Assembly (NCBI GenBank): GCA_016182425.1
Contig: JACPGP010000030.1
Coordinates: 11,738-75,737, forward strand
From: Candidatus Levyibacteriota bacterium
GTDB lineage: Bacteria; Patescibacteriota; Microgenomatia; Levybacterales; UBA12049
Length of the DNA: 64,000 nucleotides
Reading direction: 5' to 3'
The notes below the pieces were generated by a model that saw nothing but the letters and a program-made list of their open reading frames with translations, made no database searches and was not told where the DNA came from. This document shows positions 41,908 to 50,376 of the stretch, piece by piece. How positions within the stretch are numbered: position 1 is the stretch's first letter; every line of letters begins with the position of its first letter. A program made the position numbers and the translations under genes.

Positions 41908-42941
41908 TGTTTGGAAAGCTTGTTCTTTTCGGTTCAGGAGAAACTTCCCCAACAGGCAAGAAAATTCATAGGAAGATTCTTCAATCATTTTCTCAAAAAC
42001 AGAATATTACGATTCTTGAAACTCCGGCAGGATTTCAGCCAAACTCTCACTTTGTTGCAGAGGAGATAGCAAAAGTTTTTCGTCAGAGCCTTTTAGAATT
42101 TATTTATGATGTTTTTATAATCCCCGATAACCCCGACAATCTCTCCATTCTCAAACCCCTAAAACAGGCAACATATATTTTCTTAGGTCCTGGTAGCCCA
42201 ACATATACGGTTAGGCAGTTACAAAAAACAAGAACACTTCAAATAATGTTAGATCGTTGGAAGAATGGAGCGACACTTTGTTTGTCAAGCGCTGCCGCAA
42301 TTGCCATTGGTAAATATACTCTTCCCGTTTATGAAATCTATAAAACAGGAAGTGATTTGTATTGGGAGAAAGGACTTAATATCTTTCAGCATGTTGGATT
42401 ATCATTTATTGTTATTACTCATTGGAACAATAAAGAAGGAGGAGAGCATCTTGACACACGGTATTGCTATATGGGGCAAGAGCGATTTGCAAAACTTAGA
42501 AAACTTCTTCCTAAAAATACTGCAATTCTGGGCATTGATGAACATACGGCAATTATTTTTGATTTTGAAAATAGAATATTTTCTATTGAGGGAGTCGGAA
42601 CGGCAACGCTTTTGAAAGATAAGAAAAAAGCAGTTTTTAATAACGGAAACTATTATATGTTTGATTCTTTTATTACATTTTCGCCTCATGTTATTCAATC
42701 ACCCAAAAAACCAATTATTAAAAAAAGGACTGTTGAGTATATAACGATCAAAAAGTACTCATTACCAAAAGATCTCCAAGTTCTTCTTAAACAGCGGGAG
42801 AAAGCAAAAGGAGAAAAAGATTTTACAAAAGCAGATGAGATTCGTCATCTTTTTGAAGAGAAGGGGTACAAAATTGAGGATACAAAAAAAGAACAAAAAG
42901 TCTATAAACAAACATTATCTGGTCAGGGTGGGCAGACTTGA
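41907..42941 (+). CDS. Peptidase S51/cyanophycinase-like (class I GATase fold) domain fused to a CysRS-like C-terminal anticodon-binding domain
   Basis: LVLFGSGE, IFLGPGSP, LSSAAA nucleophile elbow, THWN, GIDEHTA; C-terminal REKAKGEKDFTKADEIRHLFEEKGYKIED. Confidence 0.7.
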   Translation: MFGKLVLFGSGETSPTGKKIHRKILQSFSQKQNITILETPAGFQPNSHFVAEEIAKVFRQSLLEFIYDVFIIPDNPDNLSILKPLKQATYIFLGPGSPTYTVRQLQKTRTLQIMLDRWKNGATLCLSSAAAIAIGKYTLPVYEIYKTGSDLYWEKGLNIFQHVGLSFIVITHWNNKEGGEHLDTRYCYMGQERFAKLRKLLPKNTAILGIDEHTAIIFDFENRIFSIEGVGTATLLKDKKKAVFNNGNYYMFDSFITFSPHVIQSPKKPIIKKRTVEYITIKKYSLPKDLQVLLKQREKAKGEKDFTKADEIRHLFEEKGYKIEDTKKEQKVYKQTLSGQGGQT

Positions 42942-42995
42942 ACTGCCGACTTCTGGACCCCCAGCCCAGCGTTCTACCAACTGAACTACACCCTG
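42920..42995 (-). tRNA. tRNA-Pro (anticodon GGG), encoded CCA
   Basis: CAGGGTG/CACCCTG acceptor stem, anticodon arm CTGGG-CTGGGGG-TCCAG, GTTCAAGT T-loop, ACCA end. Confidence 0.95.
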
Positions 42996-43045
42996 TTTTT
43001 GCTCTCTTGCATTATAACAAAAAGTTGTTACAATGAGAACCAATT

Positions 43046-44149
43046 ATGGCGCGGACTTCCTCATCAAAAAACCCAAATGGTCCAATCCGTTCTAGTTCGG
43101 GACAAGCAGAAAGTTCTCAAAAACTCGAGGCAGTGCGTCTGGCAATGGAGCAAATCGAAAAACAATACGGTCGCGGTTCTATTATGCGGTTTGGCGAGGT
43201 AGCGGCGAAGTTTGATATTTCGGTCATCTCAACTGGGTGTCTTCCTTTAGATTTAGCGCTAGGAGTAGGGGGTGTGCCAAGAGGACGGATTATCGAAATT
43301 TTTGGTCCCGAAGCATCGGGGAAAACGACTATTTGTTTATCAATCATCGCTCAAGCGCAAAAGCATGGAGGAGTCGCGGCGTTTATTGATGCTGAGCATG
43401 CGCTTGACCCCTTATGGGCAGAAAGAATCGGAATAAAACTTGATGAGCTTTTAATCTCTCAGCCCGATACTGGAGAACAGGCGCTGGAAATTGCCGAAAG
43501 TCTTATTCGAAGCGGCGGGGTTGATGTGTTGGTTATAGATTCTGTTGCGGCGCTGGTGCCGCGAGCAGAGATCGAAGGTGAGATGGGAGATGCCATGGTA
43601 GGACTTCAAGCCCGTCTTATGTCGCAAGCGTTGCGTAAGCTAACTGGAGTTATTTCAAAATCCAAAACTGTGGCCATTTTTACCAATCAGTTGCGGCAAA
43701 AAATTGGCATTATGTTTGGTAATCCCGAAACAACCACTGGCGGACTGGCTCTTAAATTTTATTCATCGGTGCGCATGGATGTTAGGAAGATCGAAACGCT
43801 TAAAGACGGCGATAAGGTTGTCGGCTCCAGACATAGGGTAAAAATTGTTAAAAACAAAGTTTCGTCACCTTTTAGGATTGCAGAATTTGACGTATCGGGA
43901 GATTTTGGTATTTCTCGAGAAGGGGGTATTATAGATGTTGGTGTTGAAATGGGTATCATTCAAAAGTCAGGAGCATTCTTCCGATTTGGAGAATTAATGC
44001 TTGGGCAGGGAAAGCAAGCGGCAGTAGGTTTTCTTCGAGAAAAAGGTGATGTGGCAAAAAAGATTGTCGATGAAATCCTCAAAAAAAATAAAGCAGGAGT
44101 GGCTCCGGTGGAAGTAGGCGTTGAAGAAAAAGAAGAACTTGCCGCATAA
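43046..44149 (+). CDS. recA: Recombinase A
   Basis: [36 protein letters not shown]. Confidence 0.99.
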   Translation: MARTSSSKNPNGPIRSSSGQAESSQKLEAVRLAMEQIEKQYGRGSIMRFGEVAAKFDISVISTGCLPLDLALGVGGVPRGRIIEIFGPEASGKTTICLSIIAQAQKHGGVAAFIDAEHALDPLWAERIGIKLDELLISQPDTGEQALEIAESLIRSGGVDVLVIDSVAALVPRAEIEGEMGDAMVGLQARLMSQALRKLTGVISKSKTVAIFTNQLRQKIGIMFGNPETTTGGLALKFYSSVRMDVRKIETLKDGDKVVGSRHRVKIVKNKVSSPFRIAEFDVSGDFGISREGGIIDVGVEMGIIQKSGAFFRFGELMLGQGKQAAVGFLREKGDVAKKIVDEILKKNKAGVAPVEVGVEEKEELAA

Positions 44150-44595
44150 TGGAGGTTTTTGATAAATTTTACAATAAAGCGCTCCGATTTTTGTCGTACC
44201 GTCCCCGGTCGGAAAAAGAAGTAAGAGAAAATCTCAAAAAGAAAAAAACAGAATCCGTAATCATTGAAAAAATTATCTTAAAACTAAAAGAACAAAATTT
44301 TATAAATGACGAAGAATTTGTAAAGTGGTGGATTGAGCAGCGGACAACAGTCAGGCCTAAGGGATTACGTGTTATCAAACTAGAACTGAAACAAAAGGGT
44401 ATAGATACTGATTTACGATTAAAAATTAACGATTTTGAGCAAGCCAAGAAACTTATTGAGAAGAAGGCCACACGTTATAAAGGATTAACTAAGCAAGAAC
44501 TTTATCGAAAACTGGGAGGTTTTCTTTCAAGGCGCGGATTCGATTACGATACCATAAAAAAGTCCATTGACGAGGTGACTAATAAAGGAGTATAA
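44149..44595 (+). CDS. recX: Regulatory protein RecX
   Basis: ALRFLSYRPRSEKE, ELKQKGI, FLSRRGF; follows recA. Confidence 0.93.
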   Translation: MEVFDKFYNKALRFLSYRPRSEKEVRENLKKKKTESVIIEKIILKLKEQNFINDEEFVKWWIEQRTTVRPKGLRVIKLELKQKGIDTDLRLKINDFEQAKKLIEKKATRYKGLTKQELYRKLGGFLSRRGFDYDTIKKSIDEVTNKGV

Positions 44596-44709
44596 TAAAA
44601 AGAGGTAAAAGTAAGAACGGTGTTTATGAAAAGGCAAATTCCCTATCCATATACATCTTTAATAAATCTTTAAAAGCAGGTTTATTCTTCTTTTGTCTAC
44701 AAATTATTT

Positions 44710-45960
44710 ATGCCAACACAAAATCAAGACCTCATTACTCTTGAGAAAAAGCTGATTGAAAAAGAAGAAAGGCTTGAACAAGAAAAAGAGGAAATTGTAA
44801 AACTAAAAGATAAATATATTAAAAAACTTGAGGAAATTTCCAGTTTTACAACAGAGGAGGTAAAAAGGGAACTTTTTCTGGAAGTCGAAAAAAAAGAGAG
44901 TCAAACAATTGCCCGAATCATCAAAGAGCGCGAGGAAGAAGCAAAACGGGAATCCGATCGGAAAGCGCAATCAATTCTGGTAGATAGCCTTCGTCATGGC
45001 GCGCTTGATTACATTGCCGAGTACACGGTTTCCACAATAAAAGTTGAAGACGAAGACGTAAAAGGTAGAATTATTGGCAAAGAAGGCCGCAACATTAGAG
45101 CGTTTGAGCAAGCAACGGGAGTAGATGTTAATTTAGACGAGGAGGGGGTTATTCGGCTTTCTTCCTTTGATCAGATTCGCCGCGAAATAGCACGGCGAGC
45201 TCTGGAAAAACTGGTTAAAGATGCTCGAATACAGCCATTTCGTATTGAAGAAGTGGTCGCACAAACAAAGAAAGAGGTTGAGAGGATTATGCTGGAGGAG
45301 GGAGAACGATTAGCGCACGAAGCTGGTGTTTACAATATTCCTGTCGAGCTCCTCGCTATTTTAGGCAGATTCAGATTCCGAACTTCATATGGACAAAACT
45401 TGGTTGTGCACACACTTGAGGAAACAAAAATTGGCGTTCACATAGCCTTAGAAATTGGCGCTGATTCCAATATTGTTCGTCTTGGATGTTTATTTCATGA
45501 CATTGGGAAAGTAGTAGAAGGAGAAGGAAGCCATGTAAAACTTGGCGTCGAACTCTTAAAACGTTTTAATATACCAGATCAGGTTGTTAATTGTGTCGCG
45601 GAACACCATGAAGATAAGCCTTTTTCATCAATTGAATCAATCATAGTGCACATTGCGGATGCAATCTCTGGTGCGCGGCCAGGGGCTAGGTATGAAGACT
45701 ATGAGGATTATGTAAAGAGGCTCTCCGAAATGGAAACAATCGCCAAGAGATACGAAGGGGTCGAAGACGCGTACGCTTTCGAAGCAGGAAGAGAACTGCG
45801 GGTTATTATAAGTCCTGAAAAGCTTGATGATGCTCAAACAGTAATTGTTGCTAATAAAATTCGCGAGGAGGTAAGCAAAGCCTTGGCAGTTCCAGGTGAA
45901 GTAAAAGTAACAGCCATTCGTGAATTCCGCGCAATATCCCCAGAAAGCCAAGCAGCATAA
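44710..45960 (+). CDS. rny: Ribonuclease Y (no N-terminal TM helix)
   Basis: KH KGRIIGKEGRNIR, RTSYGQN, HD FHDIGK, ADAISGARPGAR. Confidence 0.95.
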   Translation: MPTQNQDLITLEKKLIEKEERLEQEKEEIVKLKDKYIKKLEEISSFTTEEVKRELFLEVEKKESQTIARIIKEREEEAKRESDRKAQSILVDSLRHGALDYIAEYTVSTIKVEDEDVKGRIIGKEGRNIRAFEQATGVDVNLDEEGVIRLSSFDQIRREIARRALEKLVKDARIQPFRIEEVVAQTKKEVERIMLEEGERLAHEAGVYNIPVELLAILGRFRFRTSYGQNLVVHTLEETKIGVHIALEIGADSNIVRLGCLFHDIGKVVEGEGSHVKLGVELLKRFNIPDQVVNCVAEHHEDKPFSSIESIIVHIADAISGARPGARYEDYEDYVKRLSEMETIAKRYEGVEDAYAFEAGRELRVIISPEKLDDAQTVIVANKIREEVSKALAVPGEVKVTAIREFRAISPESQAA

Positions 45961-46065
45961 CTAATTTTTTTACATTTTCCTATCTTGACAAACTTTGTGT
46001 TTTCATTGTATTGTTGAGCTGTTTAAATAATGAATATTTTTCTGCCCGGGAGGGGGTGAACTGCA

Positions 46066-46338
46066 TTGACAAAAAAAGACCTCATAGAACTAGTTGCTAA
46101 AAAAGCAAACCTTACCAATAAAGCGGCAAGAGATGCTACAGGGTCGTTTCTAAATGCGATTCGTGACTCACTGAAGCGTGGAGAAAAAGTTGTTATTACT
46201 GGTTTTGGAACTTTTTCGGTTAGAAACCGGGCAACACGGCCAGGCCGTAATCCAAAAACAGGGGAGAGAATAACAATTCAGGCTCGAAAAGCTCCTGGAT
46301 TTACACCTGGAAAGACCTTAAAGAAGGTGGTTAGATAG
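46066..46338 (+). CDS. hup: HU-family DNA-binding protein
   Basis: GFGTFSV, GRNPKTG; TTG start after SD-like GGAGGGGGTG. Confidence 0.95.
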   Translation: MTKKDLIELVAKKANLTNKAARDATGSFLNAIRDSLKRGEKVVITGFGTFSVRNRATRPGRNPKTGERITIQARKAPGFTPGKTLKKVVR

Positions 46339-46353
46339 TGCTTTCTTTTATAG

Positions 46354-46386
46354 AAAAGAAGTTTCTCTTTGCTGAGGGCTTCTTTT
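46354..46386 (+). terminator. Intrinsic terminator after HU
   Basis: AAAAGAAG..CTC/GAG..CTTCTTTT hairpin. Confidence 0.55.
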
Positions 46387-46402
46387 GCTATAATCAGCAG
46401 AA

Positions 46403-47380
46403 ATGATAATTTCTATTTCTCATTTATCCAAACATTACACTATCTATAAAAAAAATCCGGGATTCTTGGGCACAATCCAATCTTTTCTTACCCGAAAATA
46501 CGAGAAGGTAAAAGCCGTTGAGGATATATCGTTTAGCATTAATGAAGGGGAGCTGGTTGGGTTTATTGGGCCAAACGGCGCGGGCAAGACCACAACATTA
46601 AAATGTTTATCTGGACTTTTATATCCGACGCAAGGTAAAGCTTCAGTTTTAGGTTACGATCCATATCAACGAAAGAGTCTGTTTCTCAAACAGATTTCAT
46701 TAGTGATGGGCCAGAAAAATCAATTATGGTGGGATTTGCCGGTGATAGAAAGCGTAGCGCTTAATAAAGAAATCTATGGCGTGTCGGAGGGAGACTACAG
46801 TAAAACATTGTTAGAATTAACAGAGCTTTTAGAAATTGGCAATCTGCTTAACGTGCAAGCCAAAAAATTATCACTGGGCCAGCGGATGAAATGCGAGCTC
46901 ATGTCTGCCCTAATTCATAAGCCAAAAGTTCTTTTTTTGGATGAACCAACCATCGGACTTGATGTTTTGATGCAAAAAAAACTTCGGGAATTTATTAAAG
47001 AATACAACAAACGCTACAACGCGACAATTATGTTAACCAGCCACTACATGAGAGATGTTCAGGCTCTATGCAAACGGGTGATTATTATTAATCATGGAAG
47101 ACTGCTTTATGACGGACAGCTTTTAGAACTGATTAAAAAACATGCCCCTTATAAACTTATCAAAGTTATTTTTAAGGAGTTGGTTGACCCCAAAAAAGTA
47201 GAAAATTTGGGGCAAATAATGCGTTTTGTTTATCCCGAACTCGTGCTGCGGGTTCCACACAGCAAGATGGGTAAAATTGTGACAAAGGTTTTAGAAGAAT
47301 TTCCCGTCGAAGACCTTACCATAGAGGATCCGGATATAGAGTATGTTATCCGCGAAGTATTTTCTAAAAACATAAAATGA
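46403..47380 (+). CDS. ABC-2 exporter ATP-binding protein
   Basis: GPNGAGKTT, LSLGQ, FLDEPT, SH. Confidence 0.93.
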   Translation: MIISISHLSKHYTIYKKNPGFLGTIQSFLTRKYEKVKAVEDISFSINEGELVGFIGPNGAGKTTTLKCLSGLLYPTQGKASVLGYDPYQRKSLFLKQISLVMGQKNQLWWDLPVIESVALNKEIYGVSEGDYSKTLLELTELLEIGNLLNVQAKKLSLGQRMKCELMSALIHKPKVLFLDEPTIGLDVLMQKKLREFIKEYNKRYNATIMLTSHYMRDVQALCKRVIIINHGRLLYDGQLLELIKKHAPYKLIKVIFKELVDPKKVENLGQIMRFVYPELVLRVPHSKMGKIVTKVLEEFPVEDLTIEDPDIEYVIREVFSKNIK

Positions 47381-48171
47381 GCAAATATTCTTCAATCATT
47401 ATAAATACATGGAATGAAATACTAACATATAGGTTAAGCTTTGTGATGTGGAGGTTGCGTACTATTTTCCAGCTTTTGACCATATATTTTTTATGGCATT
47501 CTCTTATTCCTAAAAGTCAAACACTTTTTGGATACTCGCAATCGGTAATGCTTACCTACATTGTTGGCACAGCTGTTCTTTCCGCAATTGTTTTTTCGAC
47601 TCGAACACATGAGATAGGAGAAAACATTAACAGTGGAAATTTATCCTCTTTTTTGACAAAGCCTATTAGCTATTTTGGCTACTGGTTTTGCCGAGATATA
47701 GGAGATAAATTGATGAATATCTCGTTTTCGATAATAGAGCTTTTTATACTGTTTTTTATTTTGCGCCCGTCCTTGTTTATTCAGACAAATATAGAATACC
47801 TGTTGTTTTTTCTTATAGCCATTGTTTTTGGCGTCCTGTTGTATTTTTTAATAGGCGCAATGCTTGGTATGATAGGTTTTTGGAGCCCCGAAGTATGGGC
47901 GCCTCGATTTATTTTTTTTATCTTAGTACAATTTTTTTCAGGGGCTCTTTTTCCTCTTGATATATTCCCCAAACCGATATTTGCCCTGTTTCAATTTTTG
48001 CCGTTTCCGTATCTGTTGTTTTTCCCTCTAAAAATATACCTTGGACAAATATCTTTTGCAGAAATAGCGCAAGGTTTGACAGTAACAATGGTGTGGATTT
48101 TTGTCCTTTGGCATGGCGTGGCTTTGGTTTGGCAAAAAGGTCTTAGAATGTATACTGCGTATGGGAATTAA
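47377..48171 (+). CDS. ABC-2 permease (DUF990-like)
   Basis: Multi-TM; I.SG.LS.FL.KP, SGALFPL motifs. Confidence 0.85.
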   Translation: MSKYSSIIINTWNEILTYRLSFVMWRLRTIFQLLTIYFLWHSLIPKSQTLFGYSQSVMLTYIVGTAVLSAIVFSTRTHEIGENINSGNLSSFLTKPISYFGYWFCRDIGDKLMNISFSIIELFILFFILRPSLFIQTNIEYLLFFLIAIVFGVLLYFLIGAMLGMIGFWSPEVWAPRFIFFILVQFFSGALFPLDIFPKPIFALFQFLPFPYLLFFPLKIYLGQISFAEIAQGLTVTMVWIFVLWHGVALVWQKGLRMYTAYGN

Positions 48172-48949
48172 AAAATATTTTATGCTTTGGTGGCTTTTTA
48201 CCCGTATAACCACACAAGTGGCGTTACAGTCTAGGTTTGGGACTGTTATTTTTCTTGTTGGTAAGTTGCTTAGATTTACGTTTTTTCTTCTTTTTCTTGT
48301 TCTTTTAGTATCAAAAACAAAAAGTATTGCCAGTTATTCTTTTTGGCAAGTAATATTTTTCTTTGCCACATTTAACCTTCTTGATAGCATCCCTCAATTT
48401 CTTTGGCGGGAAGTCTATCGATTTAGAAACTATATTATGCGGGGGTTCTTTGACTATATTATTACCAAACCCATCTCGCCTCTTTTTCGCTGTCTGTTTG
48501 GAGGAAGCGATATTTTGGATCTTTTTATTCTTCTTATTTCTGTGGTTTTTGCAATCTACTCAGCAGGGCAGCTAAGTGTGGTAACTTTCACTGGAGTAAT
48601 CGTCTATATGCTGCTTATTATTAATGCGCTTCTTATTTCATTGGCATTTCATATTTTTGTTCTTTCAGTCGGCGTGGTTACTACAGAGGTCGATAATTCC
48701 ATTATGCTGTATCGCGATTTAACTCAAATGGGCAGAGTGCCTATCGATGTGTATCAAGAGCCCTTAAGAGGACTTTTGACATTTGTAATTCCGGTGGGGA
48801 TGATGATGACGTTTCCAGCCAAAGCATTGATGGGGATTTTATCTTTGGAAAACATGCTTTATGCTGTTTTGTTTTCAATCACTCTTCTTTTTTTGAGTCT
48901 TTATTTTTGGCAGTTTTCTCTTAAGAAATATGCCAGCGTTAGTAGTTGA
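48161..48949 (+). CDS. ABC-2 permease (DUF990-like), second subunit
   Basis: GFFDYIITKPI, PIDVY, LTFVIPV, KYASVSS; start at MGIKK. Confidence 0.85.
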   Translation: MGIKKYFMLWWLFTRITTQVALQSRFGTVIFLVGKLLRFTFFLLFLVLLVSKTKSIASYSFWQVIFFFATFNLLDSIPQFLWREVYRFRNYIMRGFFDYIITKPISPLFRCLFGGSDILDLFILLISVVFAIYSAGQLSVVTFTGVIVYMLLIINALLISLAFHIFVLSVGVVTTEVDNSIMLYRDLTQMGRVPIDVYQEPLRGLLTFVIPVGMMMTFPAKALMGILSLENMLYAVLFSITLLFLSLYFWQFSLKKYASVSS

Positions 48950-48975
48950 AGAGGTGGTATAATAGAGAAACATTT

Positions 48976-50028
48976 ATGACAATACGGCTTCGCACCGCGT
49001 TTTTTATAGTCATTGGTATTTTGCTATTGTGGTTTTTCTATCTTGAGCGAGCAATTCTTACACCGTTTATTCTAGCTGGCATTTTTGCTTATGTCTTTAA
49101 TCCTATTGTTAATTTATTGTTTCATAAGATAAGGCTTCCCAGATTGCTTTCTGTGATTATTATCTATGTGGTAATTATTGGTGTCATGATAAATCTTGGT
49201 GCAATTCTAAGCGGAAGAATAATTGAGGAGTCATCTCAGTTATCGCGCTATATCCGCGAAATCACAGAAACCACAAAAGAGCAGATCCATAGTCTTCCAG
49301 ATTGGGCACGGCCAACAGTTGAAGAAGCGCTTTTGTCGCTTGAAAAATCAAAACTTTTTTCTCCAGAGTATCTCTTTTCTCTTTTTCCGCAAGCTTTGTC
49401 TCGAATTGTAAGCTTTATTCTCTTTCTTTTCTCCGGCTTTTTTTTCTTAAAAGAGGGGAAAAATATATTTGATAAAGCGCTTACCTTTGTACCCAATGAT
49501 TATAAAATTGAAGTGGAGATTCTTATACGCCGGATAAATGCAGTACTCAATGGATATTTGCGCGGACAGCTTTTTATGGTGTTTCTGGTGTCGCTTGTTT
49601 TGTTTACCGCTTTATCAATTTTAGGAGTGAGATTCGCGCTTATTTTGGCAATTTTCTCCGGAGTGGCCGAGATAGTACCTATTGTTGGACCAATTGTGGC
49701 AACATCTGTTGCCGCAATAACGGTGTTCTTTAGTGGTACAGCTCATTTTTCTTTAACGCCAATACAGGGGACAGTGGCCGTTATAATTGTCTACACCGTG
49801 GCAAGGCAACTGCAGGATTACTTTGTGATTCCCTATGTCATGGGAAAAATAACAAAGCTTCATCCGCTGGTGATTTTATTTTCGGTGATTGCCGGAGAGC
49901 ACCTAATGGGGGTTTTAGGACTTATTCTTGGTGTGCCAATTGCCGCGACTATTAGAATTTTGTTGGAATACTCTTTAGATAAAGTAAACCAGCATAGTGT
50001 TCGGGCGTTGCCTCGCGGTAGTAAATAA
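48976..50028 (+). CDS. AI-2E (PerM) family transporter
   Basis: YLRGQL, IVPIVGP, P.VMGK..KLHP, G.LGLILGVP; TGGTATAAT upstream. Confidence 0.92.
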   Translation: MTIRLRTAFFIVIGILLLWFFYLERAILTPFILAGIFAYVFNPIVNLLFHKIRLPRLLSVIIIYVVIIGVMINLGAILSGRIIEESSQLSRYIREITETTKEQIHSLPDWARPTVEEALLSLEKSKLFSPEYLFSLFPQALSRIVSFILFLFSGFFFLKEGKNIFDKALTFVPNDYKIEVEILIRRINAVLNGYLRGQLFMVFLVSLVLFTALSILGVRFALILAIFSGVAEIVPIVGPIVATSVAAITVFFSGTAHFSLTPIQGTVAVIIVYTVARQLQDYFVIPYVMGKITKLHPLVILFSVIAGEHLMGVLGLILGVPIAATIRILLEYSLDKVNQHSVRALPRGSK

Positions 50029-50048
50029 TGATATAATACGTCTTGCTT

Positions 50049-50370
50049 TAGGAAGAAGAGCCGCTACCCGCCAACAGCTGAGCAGTTGCGGGCGGGAGGA
50101 AAGTCCAGACAGGTGTAGGGTCGGGGATGGAGCGCAAGCTCCAGCTAGAAATAGCCGGTTTCCAAGTTTTTATCTCACTAAACGAAACTTGGAACAGGTT
50201 CTGAATTAACAGGACTTGAGAGCAACAGAGACGAGTGGGAGTGAAACGGGCAATCCTACCTGCTGCAACCTCCGAGAGCGTGCGTTAATACCTGCCTTAC
50301 GGGAGCACCAAAGTATGAGGGCATAGATAGATTGCGGTTACAAACAGAATCTGGCTTACTCTCTCCCTAG
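50049..50370 (+). ncRNA. rnpB: RNase P RNA
   Basis: GAGGAAAGTCC (CR I), AGAGCAACAGAGA, GTGAAA, ACAGAATCTGGCTTA (CR V); TGATATAAT promoter just upstream; ends approximate. Confidence 0.92.
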
Positions 50371-50376
50371 AGCATT

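Noticed and set aside
10290-46338. Many short antisense or alternate-frame ORFs in the track
   Set aside because: They are shadows of well-conserved genes and have no motifs or initiation signals
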